Positions 1 to 14,430 of a stretch of 64,000 nucleotides of DNA are shown here, one piece after another. The stretch comes from the human T2T-CHM13v2.0 reference genome, Homo sapiens: NCBI RefSeq assembly GCF_009914755.1, contig NC_060931.1. One strand, 5' to 3'. The position numbers and the translations under genes are program-made. The notes beneath the pieces were generated by a model. The model ran no database searches. It was not told the DNA's origin and saw only the letters and a list, made by a program, of their open reading frames with translations. Position 1 is the stretch's first letter; each line of letters opens with the position of its first letter.

Positions 1-172
1 CCCTGGGATGGCTGCTGGACATCCCAAATTCCGCCGAAGCTGATCCCGCACTCTCCCCCACAGAAGGTTCTCCCCACGCAGCCTTCCCTCATCATCAGTA
101 ACAACTCCCCTGACTCTTCTCCTCCCCCAGCACCCCTCACGTGCTGAGCTCCACTTCTGGAGATGGAAGAAC

Positions 173-373
173 AGCCCCTCCCTCCACGCCCCCACTGTGC
201 ACGTTCCCAGACACCGAAGTCACCTCCTGGTTCTGAGTCCCAGTGGCCTGCACAGTGACCCTCACAAGAGCCCCTCCCTCCACGCCCCCACCGTGCACGT
301 TCCCAGACACAGAAGTCGCCTCCTGGTTCTGAATCCCAGCGGCCTGCACAGTGACCCTCACAAGAGCCCCTCC
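173..373. repeat. Tandem duplication, 96-bp unit, ~2.1 copies
   Basis: AGCCCCTC recurs at 173, 269 and 365 with near-identical intervening sequence. Confidence 0.9.
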
Positions 374-688
374 TCAGCTCGCAGTCCAAGGGACCCGTAA
401 ATGTGTGAGCAGATCACACCCCCTCTCCTTCACGCACCATCCCCATCCCACACGAGGGCAAGGCAGAGTCCTCACAAAGGCCTTCGGGGTCCTCTGCAGG
501 TGGCCTCGGTCCACGTGCTAAGATCATCCTGCTTCTCTTCCTCTCACGGGTTCTCCTTCAGCCCCAGGCCTGGCTGCTTCTCGGTCAGTGGGCATTCACC
601 CGCACAGCCCTCTGCCCTGTGCCTCCCTCAGCCTCGCATGGCTGGTGCGTCCCCTCTTTTGGGTCTGTGCATAGATGTCATCTCATGG

Positions 689-827
689 GGGAGCCTACTG
701 TGACCAGCCCATGACCACCCACACACCCATGCATGCACACACACACCCAGACACACAGGGAGACTGCTGTGGCCAGCCCATGACCACCCACACACTCGTG
801 TGCACACACACACCCAGGCACACACAC
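689..827. repeat. Tandem duplication, ~69-bp unit with CA-rich core
   Basis: CAGCCCATGACCACCCACACAC at ~705 and ~774. Confidence 0.8.
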
Positions 828-1544
828 CCTGGACCCATGACCCTGCTATGTTTCTTTCCCCGTAGTACTTTTCTCACCTAGATTATCATTTTAGTCACCT
901 TTTGGTCAATAATTTGTCTCCTCCGATAGAACCTAAGCCCATGAAGATGGAAGACAGGGCAGGTTTTTTACTACGATTATTGTTCACTGGCATAGCCCAA
1001 CCACGTCGACCACATTGTAAGCTCTTGATAAAAAATAAGAATGACTCCACATGACAGAAAGAGCCACCATGTGGCCATAAGGGACCAAACCACAGACCCA
1101 CTCAGGCCGCGAGGCATTTCTCTCTCTGCTTTCAGTACTCGATGGCCTTTGACAACTTCGTGAGGATCTCTGAGTTGACCTTACTTGGAATTCACTGAGC
1201 TTCTCGGATGTGTAGAGTTATGTATTTCATCTCATTTGTGACTTTTTGGCCATTATTTCTTCAGGTATCCTCTGTCCCTTCCTCACTCTCCTCTCCTTCT
1301 GGGTCTCCTATTATGCACAGTTAGGGGCTCGTCAGGGCCCACAGATCTCTCCGGCTTTGCTCATTTTTCTTTATTCATTTTTCTTTCTGATCCTCAAACT
1401 GGATAATCTCAATTGACTTGTCTTCAAGTCACTAATTTTCTTTTTCTGCCTGCTCAAATCTGCCATTGAACCTCTCTAGTGAAATTTTCATCTCAGTTAT
1501 TTTAGTTTTCATCTCTAAAAATTCTGTTTGGGTAATTTTCATAA

Positions 1545-1850
<306 letters not shown>

Positions 1851-1933
1851 AGGTAATTTTCATAATTTCTATCTCTTTATTGAAATTCTCTATTTGTTCA
1901 AACATTATTCTCCTGGTTTTCTTTCTTTGCCCA

Positions 1934-2364
1934 TGTTAAACCCAATTAAATATGGCCTGAGAAGGACTCCATACTTCTATATTTGAGTACTTGTGGATGA
2001 ACTGCAACCTAGCTTAACAGGTAGATAAGATTGAAAACCTAACTTAGGAATCTGCACCTGTAACAATAGCTGAGTCTTGGCCAATTCCAGCAGCCATAGT
2101 TCAACCACTCACACACTGCTGAGTGTTCAAACTGTGTTCAAATAAGGCAAACACCAAGCTGTGACCGATCCAGCCATTCTGTACCTTACTTCTGCTTTCT
2201 GTACCTCTCTTCCCTTTTTTTTATCTATAAATCTTCTTCCACCACGTGGCTGCACTGGAGCCTCTTTGAATCTGCTGTGATTCTGGGGGCTGCCTGATGT
2301 GCGAATCATTCATTGTTCAATTAAACTCTTTAAATTTAATTCAGTTGAAGTTTTTCTGTTATCA
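1934..2364 (+). mobile_element. Solo ERV1 LTR, MER57A-like
   Basis: TG...CA ends with 4-bp TSD CCCA (1930-1933 and 2365-2368). The start TGTTAAA..TAAATATGGCCTGAGAAGGACTCC matches the recalled MER57A consensus. Confidence 0.8.
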
Positions 2365-2844
2365 CCCACTGTTTCTTTTAGCTCCTAAACATACTTTAAA
2401 TAGTTGATTAAAGTCTTCGTCTAATGTGTCTGCTTCTTCTGAGAGAGGTTCAGTTGATCTTTTTTTCTTTTCCTTTAGCATCTATGGGCCATAGTTTCTT
2501 GTTTCTTTGCATGCCTTGTAATTTTTTGCTGAAAAGTAGACATTTGGAATATTATGATGTAGCAGCTATGAAAATCTCCTCTCTCCCCACATTTGGAGCA
2601 GGGAACTCCAAAATCCATCTGTTCATAAAAGCAATGAATAAACTGGCAAAAACAATTGGAACCAACGGATTGCTGCTTATGTAGTTTTTTTGGTTTCAGT
2701 TTATTTTGTTGCTGCTTATTTTTAGTATTTCTGTTTATTTAGTGACTTTTCTGAGTGAATTTTATGAAGTCTGTGTTCTATGCTGTGTGTGGTCAGTGAA
2801 GTCTCTGTTCTGTGAGTTCACTCTCAGCTAATGATTCCACAGAG

Positions 2845-4776
2845 CGAGGACTAAGCTCTGGCTTTTTCTTATCTTGCCCGTATTTCTGTCTAAGGGACCT
2901 GGGGTATCATGCCCTACAAACCATAAATTCTCATCAGATGGGTTTTATTTAACCCTGTGTATCATGGCTTACTTTCCAATCTGACTCTAGCATTACATTA
3001 TGTGGCAAAGAAGAAAATAAAAATTGTTTACCCCAAAACATGTTTCTGAAATGGCCGTGCAAAGCCGTCCTTTGTGGGGGAACATCTTGCATCTGTAGAG
3101 ACTCTCTAGTAACATAGCTAGATCTTTTTCTTCCAGGCCCTCCCAATCCTGAAGAGATTAACTGAGAGCCTAGCACCTTGTAAATGTCTGAATAGGAAAC
3201 ATTTGTCATTGATTGTCTCTAAGGGCAGCCATTATGAGACTCCAAAAAAACCGTGGTCTCCACAATCTTTTATCTTAACCTGAATATTTCCTTTCTGTGG
3301 ATCCCAGGTCTTTAGACAAACTCAACCAACTGTCAACCAGAAAATGTTTAAATTTAGCTATAGCCTGGAAGCCCCTGAGGACCCCCTTTGAATTGTCCTG
3401 CCTTTCTGGCCAAACCAATGTATTTCTCAAATGTATTCAATTGCTGTCTCATGCCTCCCCAAAATGTATAAAACCAAGTGTTAGGGACTCTTTGAGGTGT
3501 CAGTTTTCTTCCCAGAAACTTCTGTGGCTGGTGGCCCCTTTGCCCGAGGTCTCGTCCTGCATCCAGGGAGAATGAGGTATGCAGACAAGTGGAGGGTGAA
3601 CAAAATGAAGAGGAGGTTTACTGAGTATTACATCAGCTCAGCGGAGACCCTCTGTGGGTAGCTCCTGTCTGTAGGCAGGTCATCCATTGAGTGCTCAGCT
3701 CTCATCAGAGACGAGGCCCTGGAGAGGGTAGCTCCTCTCTGTAGGCAGGTCATCCATTGAGTGCTCAGTTCTCAGCAGACAGGAGGCCCTGGGGTAGTTT
3801 CTCTCTGCAACTGGTCATCCCGATATCTGCAGCTCTCAGTGGAGAAGAGGCCCTGGAGAGGGTGGCTCCTCTCTGCAGCTGGTTGTTCCAGAGTCGCTCT
3901 GCCCTCTTTGTCCTCTGGTCGTCCTCTGCCCTGCTCTGGCTGAACCCAGGGCTTGTATGGACCTCAGAGGGGGCAAGTGTATGATTATTGGTCTATGGGT
4001 GGCCGTGGGTGGGCCTGGAAGAAGCACTATGGGTCCCCACTCCAGTCCAGGGGGCCGACAGCCCAGCCTCCAGCCTTCAGGGTCTCCCTGGCTGAAGGTG
4101 GGGCCTTACTGGGGACCCGCCCCTTCCACCCAGGAATCAATCTGCCTCCTGCTGCCATTCGTGGTCCCTGGGGCTCAGCCCCAACCCCACTCCGAGATCA
4201 GAACAGGCACCCAGAGCAGAGAGAGGCCAGGCAGTGGAAGCAGATACCGGAGCCTGCAGGGACCGTGACTGCAGACCTGGGCCTCCCACTCTACAGAGCA
4301 GGCAGGAGCCACGGACTAGCAGGGTCCCTGCCCCTTCTGAGTGGGTGGGGCAGGAGCTCCCCAGGTGCAGCTGCAGCCACCCTCCAAGGCACAGGCCCTG
4401 GGCATCTCTACAGCCTGTACCCTCTGGGGCCCAAGAAGGCTCCCTCCCTCCCACTGCGCCCAGGCAGGCAGATCCTGCCTGCTCCTGACCCTTCCAAGAG
4501 GACAGAGAGGCTCGGAATCACAGCTGCAGTTTGGGTGGCTGTAGCCCCACCCAGGAGGGAAGGCTCCCACCAGCTACCTGGGGTGTGCAGCCCAGCTGTG
4601 CCTGCCTGCTGCAGCCGGTGTGATGGAGCAGCCACTCACCTTGGGCACATGATCACCTTGGGTACATGTTCTCAGGACCTCTGGAGGGCTGTGTCATGGG
4701 CCACTGTCACTCATTTTTGGCTCAGAATAAATCTCTTCAAATATTTTACAGAGGTTTCTGTAAAATATCATTGACA
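2845..4776 (+). mobile_element. ERV1 LTR, MER4 family (MER4D/B-like), split by a nested LTR
   Basis: Begins (C)GAGGACTAAGCTCTG and ends ...AATAAATCTCTTCAAATATTTTACAG...GACA. 4-bp TSD AGAG (2841-2844 and 4777-4780). Confidence 0.8.
3479..4636 (-). mobile_element. ERV1 LTR, MER52-like, nested in the MER4 LTR
   Basis: TGTTAGGGACTCTTTGAGGTGTC...GAATGAGGTATGCAGACAAGTGGAGGGTGA matches the recalled MER52 consensus, with internal GTAGCTCCTCTCTG repeats. Confidence 0.75.
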
Positions 4777-5272
4777 AGAGGTTTCTTTAAACACTTGAAA
4801 CACAGCACACACATGGGCAATATACCTCCCAATCTCTGAATGGGGGGCTCTGTGTGTGTTCAGGGGCACGCCTTCAACACTGAGGCAATTTTCAACTCTG
4901 CCTTAGCCTTCATTTCCTGCTTGTCCAGAAGCTGAAGGTCAGCCAGAAGTGATCATGTAGAGCCTTCTCAGGTCTTTTCTGAACTTGTACACGCTCCTGG
5001 GTATGCGCCTGGACTTCTAGATTCCAAAGAATATGCAAAAACCCTCAAAATCTGTATCCTCCAAAGCATCTCAATCCCCAGTCTTTCCTCCCAAGCTTTA
5101 TGGTTAATCTATTGTTTGCCCCAGTGGTTATCCCTTGCCCCAGGCAGTAGTGACTAATACATTTGACTTTAAATGTTTCAACAAATGCCCTATAGGGAGA
5201 CACTTAAGAGCTCCAAGTTACGTGAAGGAAAGGCAAGCCCTTTGAGGCTGTCCATCCAGGAGCCACAGCGAT

Positions 5273-5834
5273 TGTCAGAGGCATTTGAGCCAGGGCAACC
5301 CCATCTTGAACAGGAGCTGGCTAAAATGGGGTTGAGACCTACTGGGCTGCATTCCTAGATGGTTAAGGCATTCTAAGTCACAGGATGAGACATGGGAGGT
5401 GGGCACAAGATACAGGTCATAAAGACCTTGCTGATAAAACAGGTTGCAGTGAAGGAGCTGGCTGAAACCCACCAAAACCAAGATGGTGGTGAGAGAGACC
5501 TCTGGTCGTCCTCATGGCTACACTCCCACCAGCGCTGTGACAGTTTATAAATACCATGGCTGATGTCAGGAAGTTCCCCTAAAGGGTCTAAACAGGGGAG
5601 GCATGAATAATCCACCCTTTGTGCAACATAGCATCAAGAAATAACCATAAAAATGGGCAACCAGTGGCCCTCGGGCCTGCTCTGTCTATGGAGTAGCCAT
5701 TATTTTCTTAATAAACTTTACTTTCCTAATAAACTTGTTTTCAGTTTACTCTATGGGCCTGCCCTGAATTCTTTCTTGCATGAGATCCACGAACCTTCTG
5801 TGGGGGTCTGGATCGGGACCCCTTTCCTGCAACA
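5273..5834 (+). mobile_element. Solo ERV1 LTR MER41A
   Basis: TGTCAGAGGC...GGATCGGGACCCCTTTCCTGCAACA. The junction GGGGAGG-CATGAATAATCC lacks the MER41B GAS-site insertion. Confidence 0.88.
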
Positions 5835-7819
5835 CAACTGCATCCTAAAGTCTGTCCCCTCCTCTGCTGGTGCTAGACGCCTGTGCTGGGAATGTGTGCT
5901 GTTGTCTTCAAGGCCTCAAGCTGGTGAGTGGTGGATGGGCCCAGGGTAAGTGAAAAGGCCACAAAGCTTCCTTACTGAGATTCAGCTGTGTTTTCCTGAT
6001 TACGCACTCCCCTGGCGGCTGCAAGCTTTGATTAGTGTGCAGAGTTCTAAGAAAGTTGGTTCTGATTGTTTTTGCTGGTTTGTTCGTTGCTTTTGAAGAC
6101 AGATGGATTCAGGGTTCCCTACTCTAGCTTTTTCACTGACGTCTGTATGGCTGGGTTTGGAAAGTTCTTTATACATTCTAGATACAAGTCCCTTCTCAGA
6201 TATATGCTCACAAAGATTTTATCCCAGTTTATGGCTTGTCTTTTCATTCTTTTCACAGTGTCTTTTGAAAGTTTTAAATTTTAGCAAAATTCAATTTATC
6301 AATGAATTGTTTTATGGGTGGTGTTCCTTCTCCTACCCCACTGCCCAAATTCTTTGATTTTATTTCATGTGTTGTGATTTTCTTTTCACCCCCAAATTAG
6401 ATATTTGATTCATTTATTGGTTCTCTGGATTTTAAGAAGTATTCGTTTTTGCTTTGGCCTTTTTTTCTTCCTTTCTGTTTTGCTAAAGGTTGGTGTTTGA
6501 ATTATAAATAAAAACATGTATCTATGCTTGTGCACTTCTGTTAGTTCAATGATTAATTAATTCAATGTAATATTTTTATTTAATAATGAAAACATTTAAG
6601 AATCTGCATTGACTTTTGCTACACTTAGAATATTCATTAAAAAGCCTAAAATTACATCTTAATTAGCTCCTTAATCCAACTGTTGTTTAACCAAGTGCTT
6701 CTTAATTTCTAGTGGATGAGGCATTTTCACACCGAGCCTACTCTGATTGCACTCTACTTTGAAGAGGTAGAATGCGTTATATTTGCATTTGACACAACCG
6801 AGGTTGGCTTGGTTTTGGTGTTTTCGGTTATTTTAGCCGAGTACATCATTTAATATTATATAAGAAATGTGCTATTTGTAGATGGCAAAGTTTTCTATAT
6901 ACTTATTTATTCAAATTTGTTAATTATTCAAATAATTCAACAATAGAGCCTACTTGTCTTAATTTAGTGAATCCCTGAAAGGCTGAGAAAGACGTGAAGA
7001 TTTCTTCACCATACATGCCTTCTGTTGATGTCTCCCTTTATTTCTAATCATTTTTGCTTTATATTTTTGAGAACTAAGTAATTCAGAAAGAGAATGTGAT
7101 GTTTTCACTGAAGAGTATCTACTTTATGAATGTAAAATGACTCCTTCAATATTTTTACTTTAATTTTATTCTGACGTTAAGATCAGCACTTTGATTTTTC
7201 CTTCTTTACCTTTGCCTGATAACACTTCAGTCAGTCTTTCGTGCATGTGCATAACTTTTCTCTTCTCATTTTCATGAGGAATCTAAAACACTTATATTTA
7301 TTATCAAAACTGAGGTTTGCCTTTATATATATGTTGTTTTGTAGTTTCACATTTTGTGTTTCTTTGTAGTTTTGTTTCTTTTTGTCTCTTTGCTTTACTT
7401 AATAATTTCCATTTGCACTTATTTCCTGTACCAATTTGACAGGTAGCAATTTAGTTCTTATTCTATAGCTGTTGCTGTTGAATTTGTTCGTCACGTCCTG
7501 ACACAGTCCTGCCATTGTCAGAGTCAAGAACAGGCCCTCACCCGTGACCACACACCTTCTCCTCCAAATTCAGGATTGGAGCAATGGAATAGAAATCATC
7601 AAAAGCCAAACCATTATGGAAGCCTCTTCCTTGTGAGACACAGGACGATAATGCTCCCTTTCCCTCCCAAGGCGGGAGACAGTCCAAGGCCCTTGTCAGT
7701 TCTGAGCTTCCCAGAAGTGGGGCCTGGGTGGACGGACATCCACTCACACCCCTGGGATGAGCCAGGTGGGCGGGGGTGGCCCAGCTTCGAAGAGCTCGGT
7801 TCCAGGATCACAAAGACCC

Positions 7820-8010
7820 ACCAGCGGGGTCTCAAGTCCTGACCCATCCTACATGCTCTGCAAACTTGGGCAAATTATTTCACTGCTCGTGCCTCAGTTC
7901 CCCCAATATAAGATGGGATAACAATAGTTCCTACTCGTGGAGTTGCTGAAAAACATTAGATGAGATTATGTCAGAAATGCCAGCAATTGTTACAATTTCT
8001 TGTTATTATT
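7820..8010 (+). mobile_element. MIR SINE
   Basis: Core CTTGGGCAAATTATTTCAC..GTGCCTCAGTTCCCC..ATAAGATGGGATAACAATAG. Confidence 0.75.
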
Positions 8011-8271
8011 GTATGCAAGCAGCTGGGGGGTCTTGGTGAGGAACTAGAAAATGGGCAAGGGTATGTTCCTGGGTATGTGTCAGGCAGGGTTTTCAAGACG
8101 GCCCCAAAGACATCCACAGAACACGTCTGGCAACTTTATTTGCTCAGCCTTCCCCCTTCCCCGCCGCCCAAACTGGCCAATTCCTGTGGGACGCTGCACC
8201 ACTCATTAAATATTGGAAGATTTTCCTCCGAGGAGGTGGGAATGCCTGCTCACGTGACTTCCATTTGACAC

Positions 8272-8530
8272 TGTACTGGTGCGCTAGCTGTCCGCTGCTG
8301 TGCCAACCCACCCCACAAACCTAGTGACTCGAGTCAAGAGCCATCATTTGTTTCCCTCTGAAACTACAGCTTGGCTGGGGCTCAGGAGGGGAGGTGCATT
8401 GCTCCACGGATGGCATCAGCTGGGAGGGTGGAGCTGGTTGCCTACCCAGCTAGTGAGCATCTATGGCTGGGAGATCAGCAGGGACGTCGGGCGGGCCCCG
8501 TTCCTCACGGATGTCATGTCCTCTCTAACT
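8272..8530 (-). mobile_element. MaLR LTR fragment (MLT1-like)
   Basis: Degenerate CACCCCACAAACCTAGTGACT..CATCATTTG..GGCATCAGCTGGG pattern. Confidence 0.45.
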
Positions 8531-9624
8531 CTCTGGTAATATTAAATCTGCTTGTTGGTAAATTCTCTTGTGTGTGTTCTGTTCATCCTGTGACCTCCAG
8601 GGTCAGTTCCTCTCATGATGAACTTGCTGTCTCTCTTCCTGGACACCACGTCCCTCAAAAGTTTGATGTTCTCAGTGGAACAGAATGGAGAACCCAGAAG
8701 CAAAGCCACATGCCTACAGCCATCTGACCTTGACAAAGTCGACAAAAATAAGCAATGGGAAAAGGACTCCCTATTCAATAAATGGTGCTAGGATAGCTGG
8801 CTGGGTGTACGCAGAAGATTGAAACTGGACCCCTACCTTTCACCATACACAAAACTTAAGGCTGATTAAGGATTTCAGTGTGGGGCCTCAAACTATAAGA
8901 ATTCTAGAAGAAAACTTGGGTGAGACCCAATTAAACTAAAGAGCTTCTGCACAGCAAAAGAAACTATCAACAGAGTAAACAGACAACCTAGAGAATGGGA
9001 GAAAATGTTCACAAACTATGCATCCAGCCAGGGTCTAATATCCAGAGTCTATAAGGAACGTAAACAATTCAACAAGCAAAAAACAACCGTTAAAAAGTGA
9101 GCAAAAGACTCAGAGACTTCTCAAAAGAAGACATATAAGAAACCAACAAACATGAAAAAATGCTCAACATCCCTACTCATTAGAAATGCAAAATCATAAT
9201 GAGAGTCCGTCTCACACCAGCCAGAACGATTATTATTAAAAAGTCAAAACACAACAGATGCTGGCGAGGCTGCAGAGAAAAGGGAACATTGAAACACTGT
9301 TGCTGGGAATGTAAATTAGTTTAGCCACTCTGGAAAGCAGCTTGATGATTTCTCAAAGAACGCAATACAGAGCTACCATTCAACCCACAATCCTATTACT
9401 GGGAATACACCTAAAAGAAGATAAATCCTTCTACCACAAAGACACACACACTCATATGTTCATCTCAGCACTATCCACAAGAGCAAAGACACGGAATCCA
9501 CCTAGGTGTCCACCGACAGTGGGCTGGATGAAGAAAATGTGTGTGTACACCGTGGAATACTACACAGTCATGAAGAATGAAATCATGTCCTTTGCAGCAA
9601 CATGGATGGAGCTGGAGGCTGTCA

Positions 9625-9989
<365 letters not shown>

Positions 9990-10023
9990 CTAGTGGACAT
10001 AAAGATGCAAACAGTAAACACTA

Positions 10024-10160
10024 GGGACTCCCAGAGCAGGGAGGAGGGGGTGAGGGTTGAACAGTGGACAGTGGGGACTCCCAGAGCAGGGAGGAGGGGG
10101 TGAGGGTTGAACAGTGGACAGTGGGGACTCCCAGAGCGGGAAGGAGGGGGTGAGGGTTGA
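10024..10160. repeat. 50-bp G-rich tandem repeat (~2.7 copies) inside the L1 3' UTR
   Basis: GGGACTCCCAGAGCAGGGAGGAGGGGGTGAGGGTTGAA recurs every 50 bp. Confidence 0.9.
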
Positions 10161-10778
10161 AAATCTAACTGTTGGGTAGTCAGTACCTGGGTGATGAGAT
10201 CAATTGTACCCCAGACCTCATCATCACTCCGTATACCCAGGTGACAAGCCTGCACACGTGCCCTGAACCTAAAATAAAAGTTAAAATTATTTTTTAAATG
10301 TTTATCATCCTTGCTTACACTCCATCTTCACAGCGAAGACGTCTGATGGGCGTCCCGTTACCTGGCTCTGTGTGGCCGGCTCAGGAGACTCCCTGAGGCC
10401 TGTCCTGCTGAGCGCTGGGGGAGGGTGCTGCTGCCAAGTGGGCATCGGGCTGCCGGCCCCTCCTCCCAGAATGCCACCTTCACTCTCCTAAGGGGACCCA
10501 GATCCCCATCCTGTCTGCCCGGGGCCCTGTTAACCATGGACCCCTCCTCTGGACGTGGACGGCCCCTCCGGGCGCCCCCATCCTGGCCGCCCCACCCTCT
10601 CGGGCGCACCCGCGTGTCAGGATCGCCAGCCTCCATCGCTTCCGCATCGAGGACGCACACGGTGTGTCCCTTCAGTGCTACAGAGCACGCACCCTTAAAT
10701 AGGCTTCCGTACAGTCAAGGATCCTCGAAGAGTAAACGCTTTTAAGCTTTTTCCATTCTTTCTAAAGACTCAGTGAGG

Positions 10779-11188
<410 letters not shown>

Positions 11189-11641
11189 CTATCGAGGTTC
11201 AGAAAACGTTTGCTTTAGACTGAGACATGCCTCTGTAAACACTTTCTTTCACTGGAAGCTTGGATAGACGGACTGTGCTCCCTGAGCCGACGGCCGTGTT
11301 GCCCTCTGGAAGGGGCAGTCACGGTTACCAGCATCATTAATATATTAACATGTGGTCTATTGATTATGTCATTAACATATAAGCCAAGGTGAGGTCGACA
11401 TCCCCTAGTCAAATTACACAATCTCCGGACTCAGCAGCCCTTTAGAAATGATCTTTAAACGTGTGTCCTAATATCCGTGTGGTGGAAATGAGGAGGAACT
11501 GTGAACGAATACACCAGGCTCACTGAATTTACGTCCTCCGGCAATCAGGGAAAATGTTAGGACAACCATTAGGAAAAGGGTCAGCTTTGCTGAGGAGCTT
11601 GCTCCTGCTTCCGTTTTTTTGTCCTTCTCTGAACTAGGTGA

Positions 11642-12062
<421 letters not shown>

Positions 12063-13509
12063 GAATTTTCTAAAATAAAATAAAAAATCAGTTCCCAGAA
12101 AACAGTCCCTCACTTTGAATTGTGTGGTTTCAGCATTTCAGCTGATTACAGTCATACTTGCACATCTCAAAAATTCTCCAAAGAAACAAGTCTAATGCCA
12201 GCGATTTTTATAAATGTGTGCTCATGGCTGCCTTTGCTTCAGCAGGAGAGAAACCTCTCCAAGCTATTTCAATGATATTCCGCCCCTTGGAGATCAGTGC
12301 GACCACCACCACCCAGCCTGGCTCACCCAAGCCTTGAGTTTACTCTGCCTGCCTGAGTCGGAATTCGCCCTCCCTCCCTTCTGGGGCGAGCCGAGGGGAT
12401 GCCAGCCATTGTGCTGCTTCCCGAATGCCTACCGTGGGCTACGCAGTGTTAGACACTTCATGTCGGAGTCAGACAACTCGGCTGAGACACCTAGTTAATA
12501 ATTACACAGGTCTAATTAACCCACATAATTAGACCTGTCACAGAGATGAGGATGCTGAGGCTCGGGAGCACGGTGGGGTGGGGGTCGTCGTGGGCCACCT
12601 CGCGAGCACTCGGCGTTGTGTGGTCTCTGCGAGGCCCCTTTGCTCTGCACCCAGCTGGCCCTGGGGAGGAGCTCTGGAAGGGAAGGCGGGCAAGGCCCCG
12701 GGCTCCCTCTAGGGTGCTGGCTCCTTCAGAACCAGGGCATAGGCCAGCACACATCCTGGTTTTGCAGCCCGGTCCCAGCGTGGGGACAGAAAGGGGCAGG
12801 GACTCTCCTCACTCTTCTTTGGGCCAAAGCATGCTTAGTGGGGTCTCCAGGCAGGTCTGCAAATACCTCCCTGTGATGAAGCGGTCAGGGGAAATTCCTC
12901 CTGGACTTCGGCCTTATTTCATTTTCTTCCCCGCCCCTGGGGCTGTGGCTGGGATTTATTGTGTTTATTTTCCGATGTGTAGCTTTTATGATCTGGGGTC
13001 CGCTGAGCGGGGCTCGGACAGTACCCTAAGCTAGGTCGGGTCGCACTGCGCCACTCACTCTGCTCTGCTGACATGTGTGACCCAGGAGGAGTGCCCCGAG
13101 TCACAGGCGTGAAAAGCAATGATGCCACTCACCGTCTACAAGAGTCTCTTTCCCTGGGAGAGGATAAGGCCCCTCCCCTAAAAATTCTCAAAAGAAACAA
13201 GTCTAACGCTGGCAATTTTTATGAATGTGTACTCATGGCTCTTTCTTCAGCAGGAGAGAAACTTCCCCAGTTTATTTCACTGTGGTGGACGTGGTTGTTT
13301 TGGGGCACCCGGACTCTGTTCCCTCTTTCTCTAACAGATCCTTGACTCTTACATGGGGCCACCCCCTTCCCGCCTCAGTCCTCGGGGTCTGGGTAGTGCT
13401 GACCTCCCTTTCGGGCACCAGCCTGGCATTTCCAGGGAGAAGATCCTATCCTCCCAGCGGGAGTGACCGACCAGGGGGTGAGGGTGACTCTCCCAGGCCA
13501 GCAAGAGGT

Positions 13510-13783
13510 GAGAGGTGAGGGCACTTACTGGGCCGTCGGGAAAGGCGTTCTCAGCGGAAGGACCTGGTGTGAGATGCTGGTGGCAGGTGCAGGAGGCTCG
13601 CAGAAGGCTGGCCGGCCCCATTTCCAGGGCAGAGTTGATGTCATGCGGAGAGGTGAGGGCACTTGCTGGGCCGTCGGGAAAGGCGTTTTCAGCAGAAGGA
13701 GCTGGTGTGAGATGCTGGTGGCAGGTGCAGGAGGCTCGCAGGAGGTTTGCCGGCCCCATTTCCAGGGCAGAGTTGATGTCATG
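13510..13783. repeat. Tandem duplication, 138-bp unit x2
   Basis: GAGAGGTGAGGGCACTT...GCAGAGTTGATGTCATG at 13510 and 13648. Confidence 0.95.
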
Positions 13784-14271
13784 GGCTGTGCTCTTTCTTT
13801 AGCGGCTCTTGACACCAAAATGCAGGATTCTGTAGGGAATTTTTGAAGTCTGAGGCCTTGTAAACGCTGCGTTTTGCCTCTGATGTTAAAGCAGCAGCGA
13901 CTGCGTGCCAAGGAGAACCTCGGGATGCTGATGTCCTCGTCTATGCTGGCTGCCAGGAGCACAATCAATGCAGGGACGCAGAACGTGCTCCGATGCTGGC
14001 TAGGCTGGGCTGCAAAAGCGACATATGTCTCATTTCTCTGTTTCTCCCTGAGCCCGTCCACGCATCAGGCACGAGTGAGGCAGAAGCAGAAGATCCAGGC
14101 TCCTTCCTCGCTCTGAGGAGTTCCAGCAGAACCGATGGGAGAAGACCAGGCCGACCCAAGGTCCAGGTGGCTGTGTGGCTGTCAGGTCGGAAGGGCAGCT
14201 CACAGGGTCAGAGGCTGGTGGGCGCTCAGATGAGCAAACCTCAAAGGCTTCTATTGTTTCCATTAAAACTA

Positions 14272-14430
14272 TTTTTTTTTAAGAGATAGGGTTCTGCTCT
14301 GTCACCCAGGCTGGAGCGCAGGGTCACAATCATGGCTCACTGCAGCCTCGACCTCCTAGGCTCACCCCATTCTCCTGCCTCAGCCTCCCAAAAGTTGGGA
14401 CTACAGGCATTTGCTACCATATGTGTCCCA
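14272..14430 (-). mobile_element. AluJ/FRAM-like monomer fragment
   Basis: CTCTGTCACCCAGGCTGGAG..CTCACTGCAGCCTCGACCTCC. Confidence 0.8.

Noticed and set aside
3953-4774. 273-aa ORF
   Set aside because: Lies in the GC-rich MER52 LTR and has no gag/pol/env similarity that I can recognise.
5273-5834. MER41 as an interferon-gamma/STAT1-inducible enhancer
   Set aside because: This copy is the MER41A form, lacking the segment with tandem GAS sites found in MER41B.
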